Source: an uncultured Desulfobacterales bacterium (lineage in GTDB: Bacteria; Desulfobacterota; Desulfobaccia; Desulfobaccales; 0-14-0-80-60-11). From it: a stretch of DNA of 64,000 nucleotides. The stretch covers positions 431,541-495,540 of the forward strand of contig CAYZOP010000001.1 of assembly GCA_964480485.1 (NCBI GenBank), read 5' to 3'. The first letter of the stretch is position 1. Each line of letters begins with the position of its first letter. Shown here in pieces: positions 27,552 through 36,889 of the stretch. The position numbers and the translations under genes are program-made. The notes below the pieces were generated by a model, which was not told where the DNA came from, ran no database searches, and worked only from the letters and a program-made list of their open reading frames with translations.

Positions 27552-29783
27552 TTACTTGGTCTCTTCCGGCGACTTGGCCTGGGGTTCCCGGGCCTCCAGC
27601 TCCTTATACCACTCGGAGTGATGCTTCTTGGCCCACTTGCGGCTCACCTTGCCGTCCACCAGCGCCCGCCAGGTGCCGGGGTTGGCGATGGTGCCCAGAT
27701 AGGCGTGGGCGACGACCGCGGCCACAAAGACCACGGCAAAGAAGCCGTGGACGGTGGACAAAAGGCAGTTGAAGGTCAGGGGCAGGCTGTTCTTGAAGAT
27801 GAGCAGGATGCCGGTGACCCCCATGATGAGGGTGAGGACCGCGGTGAACCAGAGGAAGATCTTCTGGCCGGCGTTCAGCCTGCCGGCCGGCACCTCCACT
27901 TCCCGGCCGCCCAGGTAGCCGCCCCGCTTGGCCAGCCACTCCCGGTCATAGGGGGCGAATTTGGCGTCCTTGGCCCACAGCGCCACCGCGGCGATGCCGG
28001 CGGCCACGAAGATGAGGCCCGTGACCCAGTGCACCACCACTGCGCTTTGCGGAGAACTGAAGAACATCTTTAGGAGCGTGACGTTGTTGTAGAAGAAGAT
28101 GTAACCCGTAAGGGTGAGCACCAGGAAGGAGACCATGCGGATGAGGTGCGTCCAACGTTCGGTTACGTTGAAGCGCTCGATCTCCGCCGGCTCGTAGGTG
28201 AAGTCCGCGCCTTTGGGGCCCTGGCCGGTGTAGTGCAGGGTGAGCCCGAAGACCAGGAGCAACAAGAGGATGCTCACGTAGGGCGTGAGATACGTCTGGT
28301 GGAATTGGTTGACGTAAAAGGCCCAGGGCTGGCAGCCGAAGAGTTTGCCGGAGCTGATGGTGACGGGTTTGCCGTCGGGGCCGAACATGTCGGTGACGAT
28401 CTGCCCTTTGAACATGTGGGCTTCTGAAGAGTGGCAGTCGCCGCAGCCATTGGCCCCCAGGGCCAGGCTGGCCGGGGCCACGTTGTGGTTGATGTTGAAG
28501 CCTTCGGCGTGGCCGGCCCAGGTGGTGTCCGGGCCGCTCACCAGCTCGCCCTTGTCATCCAGGTAGTACATCATGCCGCCCTTGTGGAAGAAGGGCTTCA
28601 CCTGCTGGAAGCGCTTGTTCCCCTGGAGGGTCTCCTTGAAGGCCGTCAGGGCGATCTTGATCTGCTCCGGGGTATGGAGCTCAGGTTTCTGCGGGTTCTT
28701 GGGCTTCAGTTGGGCCTTGGCCTTCTCGTAGCCCTTTTTCAGCTCCCGGGCGAACAGGGGATAGTTGATGCCGTCCTTGTCCTGGTTGCTGAAAAAGATG
28801 CTCTTAAAGCGGTTCACCGGCCAAAGCTTGCCGTGTTCATCACGCTGGTAAGAAGGATGCCAGGTGAATTCCTCCCCGATCTTCTTGGCGCCTGGGCTGG
28901 GAAGCATGGTGGGGTAGTTCACCATCATGCCGGTGGTGACGTCAAAGCCCTCAAACCCGGCGCGGTGCAGGGCCGGGATGTGGCAGACCTCGCAGGCCAG
29001 CTTTTCCAGGTGGTTGGGCCGAATGGACAGGTGCGCCGGACGGGGCGCGCCCATGTAGCCCTCTTCATGGCACTGCTTGCAGGTCTTCATCCCCACATAG
29101 TCCAGGTCGTCCCGCACCGTGGAGACGTTTTCGTCCCCCTTGGCGAACTGGTGCTGGAGTTTGGTGATCTTCCGCTTCGGGTCTTCAATGGACTGGTGGC
29201 AGTCGGTGCAGGTCATGCCCTGGAGGTTGTGGACGTCGTGGTTGACCCGGTCATCCCAGGAAAAGCCCCGCTTTTTGACGTCGGAGATGCCATGGCAGAA
29301 GACGCAGTTCTCCGCGGGCGGCGGGTACGACAGATCCAGGACGATCTTGCCGTCGTCATTGAACAGCCGTTTGTTATAAACCACTTTGGGCTGCTGGCCG
29401 TCCCGGACGAAGCCACTGACCTGGCCGATGCCCGAGGCCGCGGTGCCGGCCCACTTGTAGTTCAGCATCTTGAGCTGGCGGGTGCGTTCATTAAAGTTGT
29501 AGCCCGGCAGGTGGCAGACGAAACAGTCGGCCTCCACCACCCCGGTCTTGTCCCATTGGCTCTGAAAGTAGTCGCCGTCCAGACTCTGGGCCAGCTGCGG
29601 CTCGGCCTTGAGTCGGGTGTCGTAGCGCTTGCCGTCCCGGTCCATTTCCAGGCCGCCCCCGCCCGGGTGGCAGGAGCCGCAGGTGGGCAGATTCATGCCC
29701 TGGGGGTCCCGGGGGCCCACGCTGATCCATTCGAAGGTGGTCAGGTCAATCTGATCCGGGTGGTCGTTCTTCTTTTTCGCCAA
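27552..29783 (-). CDS. Multihaem c-type cytochrome (7 CxxCH) fused to a FdnI/HydC-type dihaem cytochrome b membrane domain (CbcL-like). It is leaderless as called and probably continuous with the upstream ORF through UGA
   Basis: The CxxCH motifs are CGSCH, CFVCH, CVFCH, CTDCH, CKQCH, CEVCH and CGDCH. The C-terminal 5 TM carry His ligands (ERWTHL, VVVHW, STVHG...VAHAY). The track start is a TTG with no SD, and there is no signal peptide. Confidence 0.85.
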   Translation of the reverse strand: MAKKKNDHPDQIDLTTFEWISVGPRDPQGMNLPTCGSCHPGGGGLEMDRDGKRYDTRLKAEPQLAQSLDGDYFQSQWDKTGVVEADCFVCHLPGYNFNERTRQLKMLNYKWAGTAASGIGQVSGFVRDGQQPKVVYNKRLFNDDGKIVLDLSYPPPAENCVFCHGISDVKKRGFSWDDRVNHDVHNLQGMTCTDCHQSIEDPKRKITKLQHQFAKGDENVSTVRDDLDYVGMKTCKQCHEEGYMGAPRPAHLSIRPNHLEKLACEVCHIPALHRAGFEGFDVTTGMMVNYPTMLPSPGAKKIGEEFTWHPSYQRDEHGKLWPVNRFKSIFFSNQDKDGINYPLFARELKKGYEKAKAQLKPKNPQKPELHTPEQIKIALTAFKETLQGNKRFQQVKPFFHKGGMMYYLDDKGELVSGPDTTWAGHAEGFNINHNVAPASLALGANGCGDCHSSEAHMFKGQIVTDMFGPDGKPVTISSGKLFGCQPWAFYVNQFHQTYLTPYVSILLLLLVFGLTLHYTGQGPKGADFTYEPAEIERFNVTERWTHLIRMVSFLVLTLTGYIFFYNNVTLLKMFFSSPQSAVVVHWVTGLIFVAAGIAAVALWAKDAKFAPYDREWLAKRGGYLGGREVEVPAGRLNAGQKIFLWFTAVLTLIMGVTGILLIFKNSLPLTFNCLLSTVHGFFAVVFVAAVVAHAYLGTIANPGTWRALVDGKVSRKWAKKHHSEWYKELEAREPQAKSPEETK

Positions 29784-29792
29784 CTGGCGAAA
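29775..29792 (-). promoter_or_regulatory. SECIS-like hairpin 9 nt downstream of the in-frame UGA
   Basis: The mRNA reads UGA-CCGCCCUCG-UUUCGCC-AGUU-GGCGAAA. This gives a perfect 7-bp stem, an apical loop containing GU, and a loop starting 16 nt after UGA. Confidence 0.4.
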
Positions 29793-29801
29793 CGAGGGCG
29801 G

Positions 29802-30122
29802 TCAGAACTTCCCCAGCATGCCGTCGGACAGGACCCAGGGCTTCTTCTGGTTGAAGTCGTCCTTGATCCGGTCCCAGCCCTGTTGGAAGTGAAAGCCCTT
29901 GGTGATTTCGTCGTAGTTGTGGCAAGCCCCGCAGGTCTGCCGGGGGCTGTAGGGCTGATCGGCGTTTTCGCCGGTTAGGGGGTTGATGGTCTTGCCATCC
30001 TCGGTTTTCAAGTGAAAGGGCACGCAGGCCCGCACCTTGGCTGCCGTACCCGGCGGCAGCAGGAGGAGCCAGCCGAGGATCACGGCCAGACACCCTCCGA
30101 CAGTGAAGAGAACTTTCTTCAT
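29802..30122 (-). CDS. Signal peptide plus mono-haem (CGACH) cytochrome c segment. It ends at an in-frame TGA 18 nt before the next ORF and is the likely N-terminus of the CbcL-like protein
   Basis: MKKVLFTVGGCLAVILGWLLLLPPGTAAK is a signal peptide, and GAGGAGGG lies upstream. The stop TGA (29802-29804) is in the same frame as the TTG at 29783. Confidence 0.75.
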   Translation of the reverse strand: MKKVLFTVGGCLAVILGWLLLLPPGTAAKVRACVPFHLKTEDGKTINPLTGENADQPYSPRQTCGACHNYDEITKGFHFQQGWDRIKDDFNQKKPWVLSDGMLGKF

Positions 30123-30269
30123 GATATGGTTACCCTCCTCGTGAGGTTTCTTGGTTCAGCGTTCAAAGTGGCCCGCAAGACCACCCCCCCTCATGATCCG
30201 CCCTCACCCCGGCCTGAGCCCCCCCAGGGGAAGAAGGCCGGGATGGGGGAGGCAACTTCTCCTCTTGCA

Positions 30270-31169
30270 CTAGGCTACCATTTGGCGGATTTCCGTCACC
30301 ACCGGCGGGATGAGGTCCGACCAGCCCAGGGGCATGAAATGAATCCCCTGCACCATGGGGGCCATCGTTTTGGCCAGCTTCAAGGTGATCTCCAGGGCCT
30401 TGTCCTTGCGGCCCTCGGGCGGCACGCCCTCCAGCTCCCTGGTAAGCCAGCGGGGCACGGTGATGCCCGAGACGTTCTCATTGATGAACTGGGCCATTTT
30501 CGGCGATTTGATCACCAGGAGCCCGTACATGATGGGTACCTTGAACTGCTCGGCCCGGCGCACGAAGCTTTCGAAGATGGCAGGGTCGAAGACCGCCTGG
30601 GTCTGGAAGAACTGGGCGCCCTGCTCCACCTTCTTTTCCATTTTCAGGAGTTGCAGGTCCAACGGCTCAAAGCCGGGATTGACCACTGCGCCCAGGGCCA
30701 GGTCGGTGGCCTGGGTGAGGGGGTGCCCTACCATGTCCCGGCCCTCGTTCAGTCCTTTGGCGATCTTGAGGAGCTGCACCGAGTCCACGTCGAAGACCGG
30801 CTTGGCCGCCACGTGGTCGCCCAGGCGGATGTGGTCGCCGGTGAGGCAAAGCACGTTGTCGATCCCCAGGGTGCAGGCGCTCATGAGTTCGCTCTGCAGA
30901 GCCAAGCGGTTGCGGTCCCGGCAGGTGATCTGGAAGAGGGGCTCCACCCCGGCCTGTTTGACCAGCACGCTGGCCGCCAGGGCCCCCAGGCGCATCACCG
31001 CGCTCTGGTTGTCGGTGACGTTCACCGCGTGAACGTAATCCTTAATGCTCAGGGCTTCCCGGACGAATTCCGGGGGCGGGCCGCCGTTGGTCCGGCTGCA
31101 GCCCTTCACCGGCCCCACTTCGCCGGTGAACACGAAGGTGCCCTTGTGGAAGAGTTCCGTGAGCTTCAT
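30270..31169 (-). CDS. metF: Methylenetetrahydrofolate reductase, acetogen/anaerobe type
   Basis: MKLTELFHKGTFVFTGEVGP..., VNVTDNQSAVMR, LCLTGDH, FFQTQAVFD. GGGAGGG lies upstream of the ATG at 31169. The upstream 133 codons of track ORF 30270..31571 are frame overlap with metV. Confidence 0.9.
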   Translation of the reverse strand: MKLTELFHKGTFVFTGEVGPVKGCSRTNGGPPPEFVREALSIKDYVHAVNVTDNQSAVMRLGALAASVLVKQAGVEPLFQITCRDRNRLALQSELMSACTLGIDNVLCLTGDHIRLGDHVAAKPVFDVDSVQLLKIAKGLNEGRDMVGHPLTQATDLALGAVVNPGFEPLDLQLLKMEKKVEQGAQFFQTQAVFDPAIFESFVRRAEQFKVPIMYGLLVIKSPKMAQFINENVSGITVPRWLTRELEGVPPEGRKDKALEITLKLAKTMAPMVQGIHFMPLGWSDLIPPVVTEIRQMVA

Positions 31170-31846
31170 GAGGCCACCCTCCCTTCCTTGATATACAACG
31201 TCCGGGGCTTGGCCATCCGGCTGAAATCCTTGGGCTCCACGTAGCGCTTCAGTTTGTCGGTCTCCCCCAGGGCCTTGAGGCGGTTGAAGATGAGGATCCA
31301 GGCGCAGTCCCGGGTGTGGTCCACCTCGCACTTGCCGGCCTCGGCGCCGCCGCAGGGGCCGTTCAGCAGGCTCTTGGCGCAGCGGGTCACCGGGCAGATG
31401 CCGCCGGTGTCGTTGAGCACACATTGCCCGCAGTCCGAGCATTCCTCCATGGCCAGGGCCCCGGGGACCACGGTGTCCAGGTGGCCCACGGAGTTGAGCC
31501 CCACCTTCACCGGTTTGGTGAGGCCGTACTGCTCGGTGAGGTAGCGGGTGATCTGCACGGCGCCGCCGCACCCCAGCACCAGGAGGGCGTCGGCCGCCTG
31601 GATTTTCTCCGTCAGGGGCTTGAGCACCGGGTCGGACTTGGCCACGTTGCAGGTGCGCTCCGGGGTGGCCTCAAAAACGATTTCCTTGCCGTGGGCTTTC
31701 AGTTCCTGGGCCAGTTGGGACACTTCCTCCACCCCGCCGGTGAGGCAGATTTTGGCGCAGCCGTCGCAGCCCACCACCGCCACCTTGCGGTAGGGCTCCA
31801 GGGCCGCCAGGACCTCCTCCAGGGGTTTTTTAGTAGTACCGATCAT
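31166..31846 (-). CDS. metV: Methylene-THF reductase-associated Cys-rich protein (MetV, MTHFR C-terminal-domain family)
   Basis: Cys clusters are present (VGCDGCAKIC, CSDCGQCVL..GGICPVTRCAK..NGPCGG...GKCE). An ATGA overlap links it to metF, and AAGGAG lies upstream. Confidence 0.85.
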   Translation of the reverse strand: MIGTTKKPLEEVLAALEPYRKVAVVGCDGCAKICLTGGVEEVSQLAQELKAHGKEIVFEATPERTCNVAKSDPVLKPLTEKIQAADALLVLGCGGAVQITRYLTEQYGLTKPVKVGLNSVGHLDTVVPGALAMEECSDCGQCVLNDTGGICPVTRCAKSLLNGPCGGAEAGKCEVDHTRDCAWILIFNRLKALGETDKLKRYVEPKDFSRMAKPRTLYIKEGRVAS

Positions 31847-32151
31847 GGACGTTCTCCTTGGTTGGCATAAGGTTGGCCCGTCCGGGGTGCCTTGTCGACC
31901 CGCAGCGGACCGTAGGCCAATTTTAGCAAAAGTGCATATGCGGTGCTATGGCCAATTGCCATAGGTGGGGTTTGTTCAGGATTGCCGGCTGACTGAAGGG
32001 TAAGCAAGAAGTCTGCCAAGATGAAAGACCCGAAGATTAACAGATAACTTACTTATATTATTCATTATTTATTATCCATGCAAAACCTCCTTGACAAAAG
32101 TTAACAATTCCCCTTAACTATTGTAAATAAATTAACAGCAATCGAGGCGCC

Positions 32152-33534
32152 ATGACCCTCCCCCAACTGGACAGCTACTGGGAAACCGTCCTGAACACCA
32201 TGATGGACGGCCTTATGGTGGTGGACCCCAATGGCGTCATCCTGGCCGCCAACCAGGCCATGGAACGGCTCACCGGGTTTTCCCGGGAGGAGCTGGTGGG
32301 CCAGCCCTGCACCATTCTCAACTGCGACACCTGCAAAGGGCTGCGTCCCCAGGAGCCCGGCAAGCAGTGCAATCTGTTCAAAAACCAGCGGGTGCAGCGC
32401 ATCCAGTGCACCCTCCTCAAGAAGGACGGCACGCCGTTGAAGTTTTTGAAAAATGCCGCGGTGCTCCGAGATGCCCAGGGGAAGGTCATTGGCGGGGTGG
32501 AGACCATGACCGACCTCACCGAGGTGCTAGCCCGGGACCTGGTCATCTGCCGCCTGCGCCACGAACTGAATCGGGAGGACTCCTTTGAGGGCCTGGTGGG
32601 CAAGTCCCCGGTGATGCGCAACCTCTTTCAACTGCTCAAGAGCGCCGCGGCCTCGGAGGCCCCGGTGATTATTTACGGCGAGTCGGGCACCGGCAAGGAG
32701 TTGGCCGCGGGGGCCATCCACCGTCTCAGCCCCCGGGCCAAAGGGCCGTTCATCAAGGTGAACAGCGCCGCCTTAAACGAGTCCCTGCTGGAGAGCGAAC
32801 TCTTCGGCCACGTCAAAGGCGCCTTCACCGGCGCCGACCGCACCCGGGTGGGGCGCTTCGAGGCAGCCCACGGCGGCTCCATCTTCCTGGACGAAATCGG
32901 CGACCTCCCCCTGGCCACCCAGGCTAAGCTCCTAAGGGTTCTCCAGGAAAAGACCATTGAAAAGGTGGGCGACCAGAAGCCCGTCAGGGTGGACGTCCGG
33001 ATCATCACCGCCACCAACCAGGACCTGGCCCGTCTCATGGCCCTGGGCCGCTTCCGGGAGGATCTCTTCTACCGGATCGGGGTCATCCCCATCAATCTGC
33101 CGCCCTTGCGGGACCGGCGGGAGGACATCCCCTTGTTGGCCGAGGCCTTTATCCGACGGGCCGCGCTCAAGGCCGACAAGCCCATCGAGAGCCTCAGCAA
33201 AGCCGCCCTGGACCTGCTCTTGGCCTATGACTGGCCGGGCAACGTCCGGGAACTGCTAAACGTCATCGACTATGCTTTCGTACTCTGCCCCGGGGGCCAG
33301 ATCGAACCCGGGCACTTGCCGGCGCACCTAAACCAGGTGGTCCCCCTGCCGGAGCGCGGCTGGCGGCCGGAGTCCCAAAGAACCAAGGCCGAACAGCGGG
33401 ACCTCCTCCTTCAGGCCCTGAATCGGACTGGAGGGAAAAAGACCGAAGCGGCGCGGCTTCTGGGGGTCAGCCGGGTCACCTTGTGGAAGTGGCTCAAGGA
33501 GCACAACCTGCACACCGAAACGGTGATCCGGTGA
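32152..33534 (+). CDS. Sigma-54-dependent transcriptional activator (PAS - AAA+ - Fis HTH)
   Basis: The N-terminal PAS domain carries a Cys cluster. The AAA+ core has [14 protein letters not shown] and ESELFGH. The C-terminal HTH is [17 protein letters not shown]. Confidence 0.92.
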   Translation: MTLPQLDSYWETVLNTMMDGLMVVDPNGVILAANQAMERLTGFSREELVGQPCTILNCDTCKGLRPQEPGKQCNLFKNQRVQRIQCTLLKKDGTPLKFLKNAAVLRDAQGKVIGGVETMTDLTEVLARDLVICRLRHELNREDSFEGLVGKSPVMRNLFQLLKSAAASEAPVIIYGESGTGKELAAGAIHRLSPRAKGPFIKVNSAALNESLLESELFGHVKGAFTGADRTRVGRFEAAHGGSIFLDEIGDLPLATQAKLLRVLQEKTIEKVGDQKPVRVDVRIITATNQDLARLMALGRFREDLFYRIGVIPINLPPLRDRREDIPLLAEAFIRRAALKADKPIESLSKAALDLLLAYDWPGNVRELLNVIDYAFVLCPGGQIEPGHLPAHLNQVVPLPERGWRPESQRTKAEQRDLLLQALNRTGGKKTEAARLLGVSRVTLWKWLKEHNLHTETVIR

Positions 33535-33560
33535 TCTAGGGGCAGGGGTGAAGAGGCTGT

Positions 33561-33676
33561 GAGGGGAGAAACGGCAGAGCATTGCTTTCCGCCCCACCCC
33601 AAGCTCCCCTCCCACCCTCCCCGCAGGGCGGGAGTGTGCCGGAGGAGGCCGGGACTCGGCCCCGGGGCCCCCTCCA
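33561..33676. repeat. G/C-rich composite palindromic element (diverged copy)
   Basis: GAGGGGAGAAACGGCAGAGCATTGCTTTCCGCCCCACCCC is colinear with the 6401-6446 copy, and is followed by CCCCTCCCACCCTCCCC..GGGCGGGAG. Confidence 0.55.
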
Positions 33677-33681
33677 CTGTT

Positions 33682-33885
33682 TTACTTTGCTGGTCCGGCC
33701 CCGGGGAAATCCCGGCACATGGTGGCACCACAAACGGGACAGGCCATTTCCCGGCAGGGCCTCCCCGGACGGTGGGGGGCCTTTTCCCCACAGGAGGGGC
33801 ACACACAGTAGGCCGGACGCCCCGATTGCCGCTGGTTGCCGAAACCGCAGCCACACTGAATTCCAGGTGATTTCTCATCAACCAT
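33682..33885 (-). CDS. Small Cys-rich zinc-ribbon protein (67 aa)
   Basis: A very good SD (AAAGGAGA) lies 7 nt before the ATG. The product carries 8 Cys, including CVCPSCGE...CPVCGATMC. Confidence 0.6.
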   Translation of the reverse strand: MVDEKSPGIQCGCGFGNQRQSGRPAYCVCPSCGEKAPHRPGRPCREMACPVCGATMCRDFPGAGPAK

Positions 33886-34017
33886 CTGAGGATCTCCTTT
33901 TATTAACTATTGTTCATTTTATAAACCGGCCGCACCCCGTTGTCAAGGAAGTCCGGCTGACAAAAACTCTGGCTCTTCCCGGCTAGGTGTGATACCTAGA
34001 GCAATACTTCAGGTGAG

Positions 34018-35418
34018 ATGATGACCCAAGTACGCACCCGTTTTTCGCCCAGCCCCACCGGCGCCCTGCACTTGGGGGGGGCCCACACCGCGCTCTTCAA
34101 CTGGCTCTTCGCCCGGCACCACGGCGGCGTCTTCATTCTGCGCATTGAAGACACCGATGTGGAGCGTTCTCAGGCCCGGTTCACCGAAGAGATCATGGAA
34201 TCCCTGCGTTGGCTGGGCCTGGATTGGGATGAAGGGCCGTATTACCAGTCCCAACGTCTGCCCATCTACCAGGACTATATCGAACGCTTGTTGGCCGCCG
34301 GGGCCGCCTATTACTGCGACTGCGACCCCGAGGATCTGGAGACTCGCCGAAAGGCCGCCTTGGCCAGAGGTGACAAGCCCCGCTACGACGGCCGCTGCCG
34401 GGAGCGGGGACTTCCCCCCGGGCCCAAGAGTGCGGTGCGCTTCAAGACCCCCAAGGAGGGGATTACCGGTTGGGACGACCGGATCAAGGGGCCCATCGCT
34501 TTTGAGAATCAGGAACTGGACGACCTGGTGATCCGCCGGGCCGACGGCATCCCCACTTATAACTTCGCAGTGGTGGTGGACGATATCACCATGGGGGTGA
34601 CCCACATTATCCGGGGCGACGACCACATCAGCAACACCCCCCGGCAGATCGTCATCTACCGGGCCCTGGGGGTGGAGCCGCCCCTGTTCGCCCACATGCC
34701 CCTGATGCTGGGCAAGGACCGCACCAAGCTCTCCAAACGCCACGGGGCCCTGCCGGTGCTGGCGTACCGGGACCGGGGCATCCTCCCCCAGGCCCTGAAC
34801 AACTACCTGGCCCGCCTGGGCTGGTCCCACGGCGATCAGGAGATCTTCTCCATGGAAGAGCTGATCCGCTACTTCTCTCTGGAGCACGTGGGCAAGGCCC
34901 CGGGCATTCACGACGACGAGAAGCTCCTGTGGCTGAACAGCCATTATCTCAAGGAGACCCCGCCCGCCACGCTGGGCCGGCTGCTCTTGCCGTTTTTGGC
35001 CCAAGAAGGCATTGCAAGCGCCGATGTGGCCAAAGCCGCGGCGGTGGCCGCCACCCTGAGCAAACGGGCCAAAACCCTGGCGGAGATGGCAAAGGCCGCC
35101 AGCTTTTACTATGAAGACCCCCGGCCCTATGATGAGAAAGCCGCGGGAACATTCCTCACCCGGGAGGCCGCACCGGTCCTGGCAGCCTGTGCCCGCCGTC
35201 TGGAAAGGGCAACCGAACTCACCGAGGAGACTCTCACCCGCCTGCTCCAGGACCTGGCCCAGGAAACCGGCAGGAAGCTGGTGGAGGTGGCCCAGCCCCT
35301 CCGAGTGGCCCTCACCGGCAAGACCATAAGCCCCAGCCTGACGGAGCTCATCCCCATCCTGGGAGTTGAAGAAACCCGGCGCCGCCTGCAAAATGCCTTG
35401 CAGTTTGTGGGTGTCTGA
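34018..35418 (+). CDS. gltX: Glutamyl-tRNA synthetase
   Basis: [22 protein letters not shown] (HIGH region) and KLSKRHG (KMSKS). Confidence 0.96.
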   Translation: MMTQVRTRFSPSPTGALHLGGAHTALFNWLFARHHGGVFILRIEDTDVERSQARFTEEIMESLRWLGLDWDEGPYYQSQRLPIYQDYIERLLAAGAAYYCDCDPEDLETRRKAALARGDKPRYDGRCRERGLPPGPKSAVRFKTPKEGITGWDDRIKGPIAFENQELDDLVIRRADGIPTYNFAVVVDDITMGVTHIIRGDDHISNTPRQIVIYRALGVEPPLFAHMPLMLGKDRTKLSKRHGALPVLAYRDRGILPQALNNYLARLGWSHGDQEIFSMEELIRYFSLEHVGKAPGIHDDEKLLWLNSHYLKETPPATLGRLLLPFLAQEGIASADVAKAAAVAATLSKRAKTLAEMAKAASFYYEDPRPYDEKAAGTFLTREAAPVLAACARRLERATELTEETLTRLLQDLAQETGRKLVEVAQPLRVALTGKTISPSLTELIPILGVEETRRRLQNALQFVGV

Positions 35419-35421
35419 AGT

Positions 35422-35640
35422 ATGGAAACAACTACGGAGGAAAGCCTCATGTCGGATGTCATGCAACCCTACAGAAAGAAACAGGCCATTTTGTGCCTGC
35501 TGGTGTTCGCCTGCATCGGCGCGGCGTTCCTGGCCCCCAACGCCCTGGCCACCACCGGGGCCGTCCTGCTGGCCATCGTCTTCGCCCTGGTGGGGGCCAA
35601 ACTTCAGCCCGAACCCCCCCCGGAAGAACACCATCATTGA
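35422..35640 (+). CDS. Small 2-TM membrane protein (hypothetical)
   Basis: Two hydrophobic helices are present (AILCLLVFACIGAAFLA, GAVLLAIVFALVGA). It starts 3 nt after the gltX stop, and no homology was recognised. Confidence 0.42.
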   Translation: METTTEESLMSDVMQPYRKKQAILCLLVFACIGAAFLAPNALATTGAVLLAIVFALVGAKLQPEPPPEEHHH

Positions 35641-35867
35641 GAGGGAGGCCCCTGTGGGTGAGGCGGGGACTTGAGACCCCTGTCCCCCTCCCCTCATTCC
35701 GGCTCGCCATCAGCAATGGCGAAACGGAGCCTGGGTCCTTTTGGGCCAGAACAATCCTTCAGCATCAGGGGGTGGAGGAGCGGGGTTCGGGGGTAAGGTA
35801 AGGGAGTTCGCCCCGCTATCCCACTCCTCCCACCAATTGTCACCTTCATCCATAAGGAGGGCAGGCC

Positions 35868-36791
35868 ATGCGGATTGCATTGATCGGTCAGGCGGCTTTT
35901 GGTGCGGATGTGTTGAAGGGTCTGCTGGAGAAGGGTCACAACGTGGTGGGGATCTTCTGCCCCCCAGACCGGGGCGATAAAATGGATCCCCTGAAGGCCG
36001 CGGCCCTAGAGAAAAACCTCCCCGTCTTTCAGCCCCAACGCATGAAGGACCCGGAGGCCTATGACCAGATGGTGGGCCTCAAGCCGGACCTGGCCGTCCT
36101 GGCCTTCGTCACCGACATCGTGCCGGGCAAGGTCCTGGCGGTGCCCAAAATCGGCTCCATCTGCTACCACCCCTCCATCCTGCCCCGCTACCGGGGGGCC
36201 TCGGCCATCAACTGGGCGGTGATCAACGGCGAGACCAAGACCGGCCTCACCATCTTCTGGGTGGACGAAGGCATCGACACCGGCGACATCCTGCTCCAGA
36301 AGGAGGTGGAGATCGGCCCCCAAGAAACCACGGGGGAAGTCTACTTCAACAAGCTCTACCCCCTGGGGGTGGCGGCCTGCGTGGAGGCGGTGGAGCTCAT
36401 CGCCCAGGGCAAGGCCCCCCGCATCCCCCAGGACCACTCCCAGGCCACCTACGACCCGCCCTGCGATGAAAAAGTGGCGGGGCTGGACTGGGGCAAACCG
36501 GGGCGCCAGGTGTTTAACTTCATCCGGGGCTGCGACCCCCAGCCCGGGGCCACCACCACCTTCCGGGGCGAGAAGGTGAAGCTCTTCAACGCCCGCTTCC
36601 TGGATGACCTGGAGCACCAGGCCCCATCCGGCGAGATCCTTGAGGTCCACACCGACTTGGGGGTCACGGTTGCGGTTCAGGGCGGGGCGGTGCGCCTCAC
36701 CCGCTTCCGCACCAAGGCCCTGGGGAAGGTGAAGGCTGCGGATTTCATCCAGGCCGTGAACCCCAAACCGGGGGAGAGGTTCGGCGCCTGA
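35868..36791 (+). CDS. Formyltransferase-family protein (Fmt / 10-formyl-THF-utilising N-terminal plus Fmt C-terminal domain)
   Basis: MRIALIGQAAFG..., the ICYHPSILPRYRGASAINWAVINGE motif (HxSLLPxxRG) and IDTGDIL. AAGGAGG lies upstream. Confidence 0.8.
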   Translation: MRIALIGQAAFGADVLKGLLEKGHNVVGIFCPPDRGDKMDPLKAAALEKNLPVFQPQRMKDPEAYDQMVGLKPDLAVLAFVTDIVPGKVLAVPKIGSICYHPSILPRYRGASAINWAVINGETKTGLTIFWVDEGIDTGDILLQKEVEIGPQETTGEVYFNKLYPLGVAACVEAVELIAQGKAPRIPQDHSQATYDPPCDEKVAGLDWGKPGRQVFNFIRGCDPQPGATTTFRGEKVKLFNARFLDDLEHQAPSGEILEVHTDLGVTVAVQGGAVRLTRFRTKALGKVKAADFIQAVNPKPGERFGA

Positions 36792-36889
36792 GGCGCGCGG
36801 AAAAGAATTTTGGGAGCCAAGGGGGGGGAGCGTCGCCCCCCTGCCCTCAGGATGAGCTTCGCCCATTCCCCTTGAGGCTGTGGGTTTTT

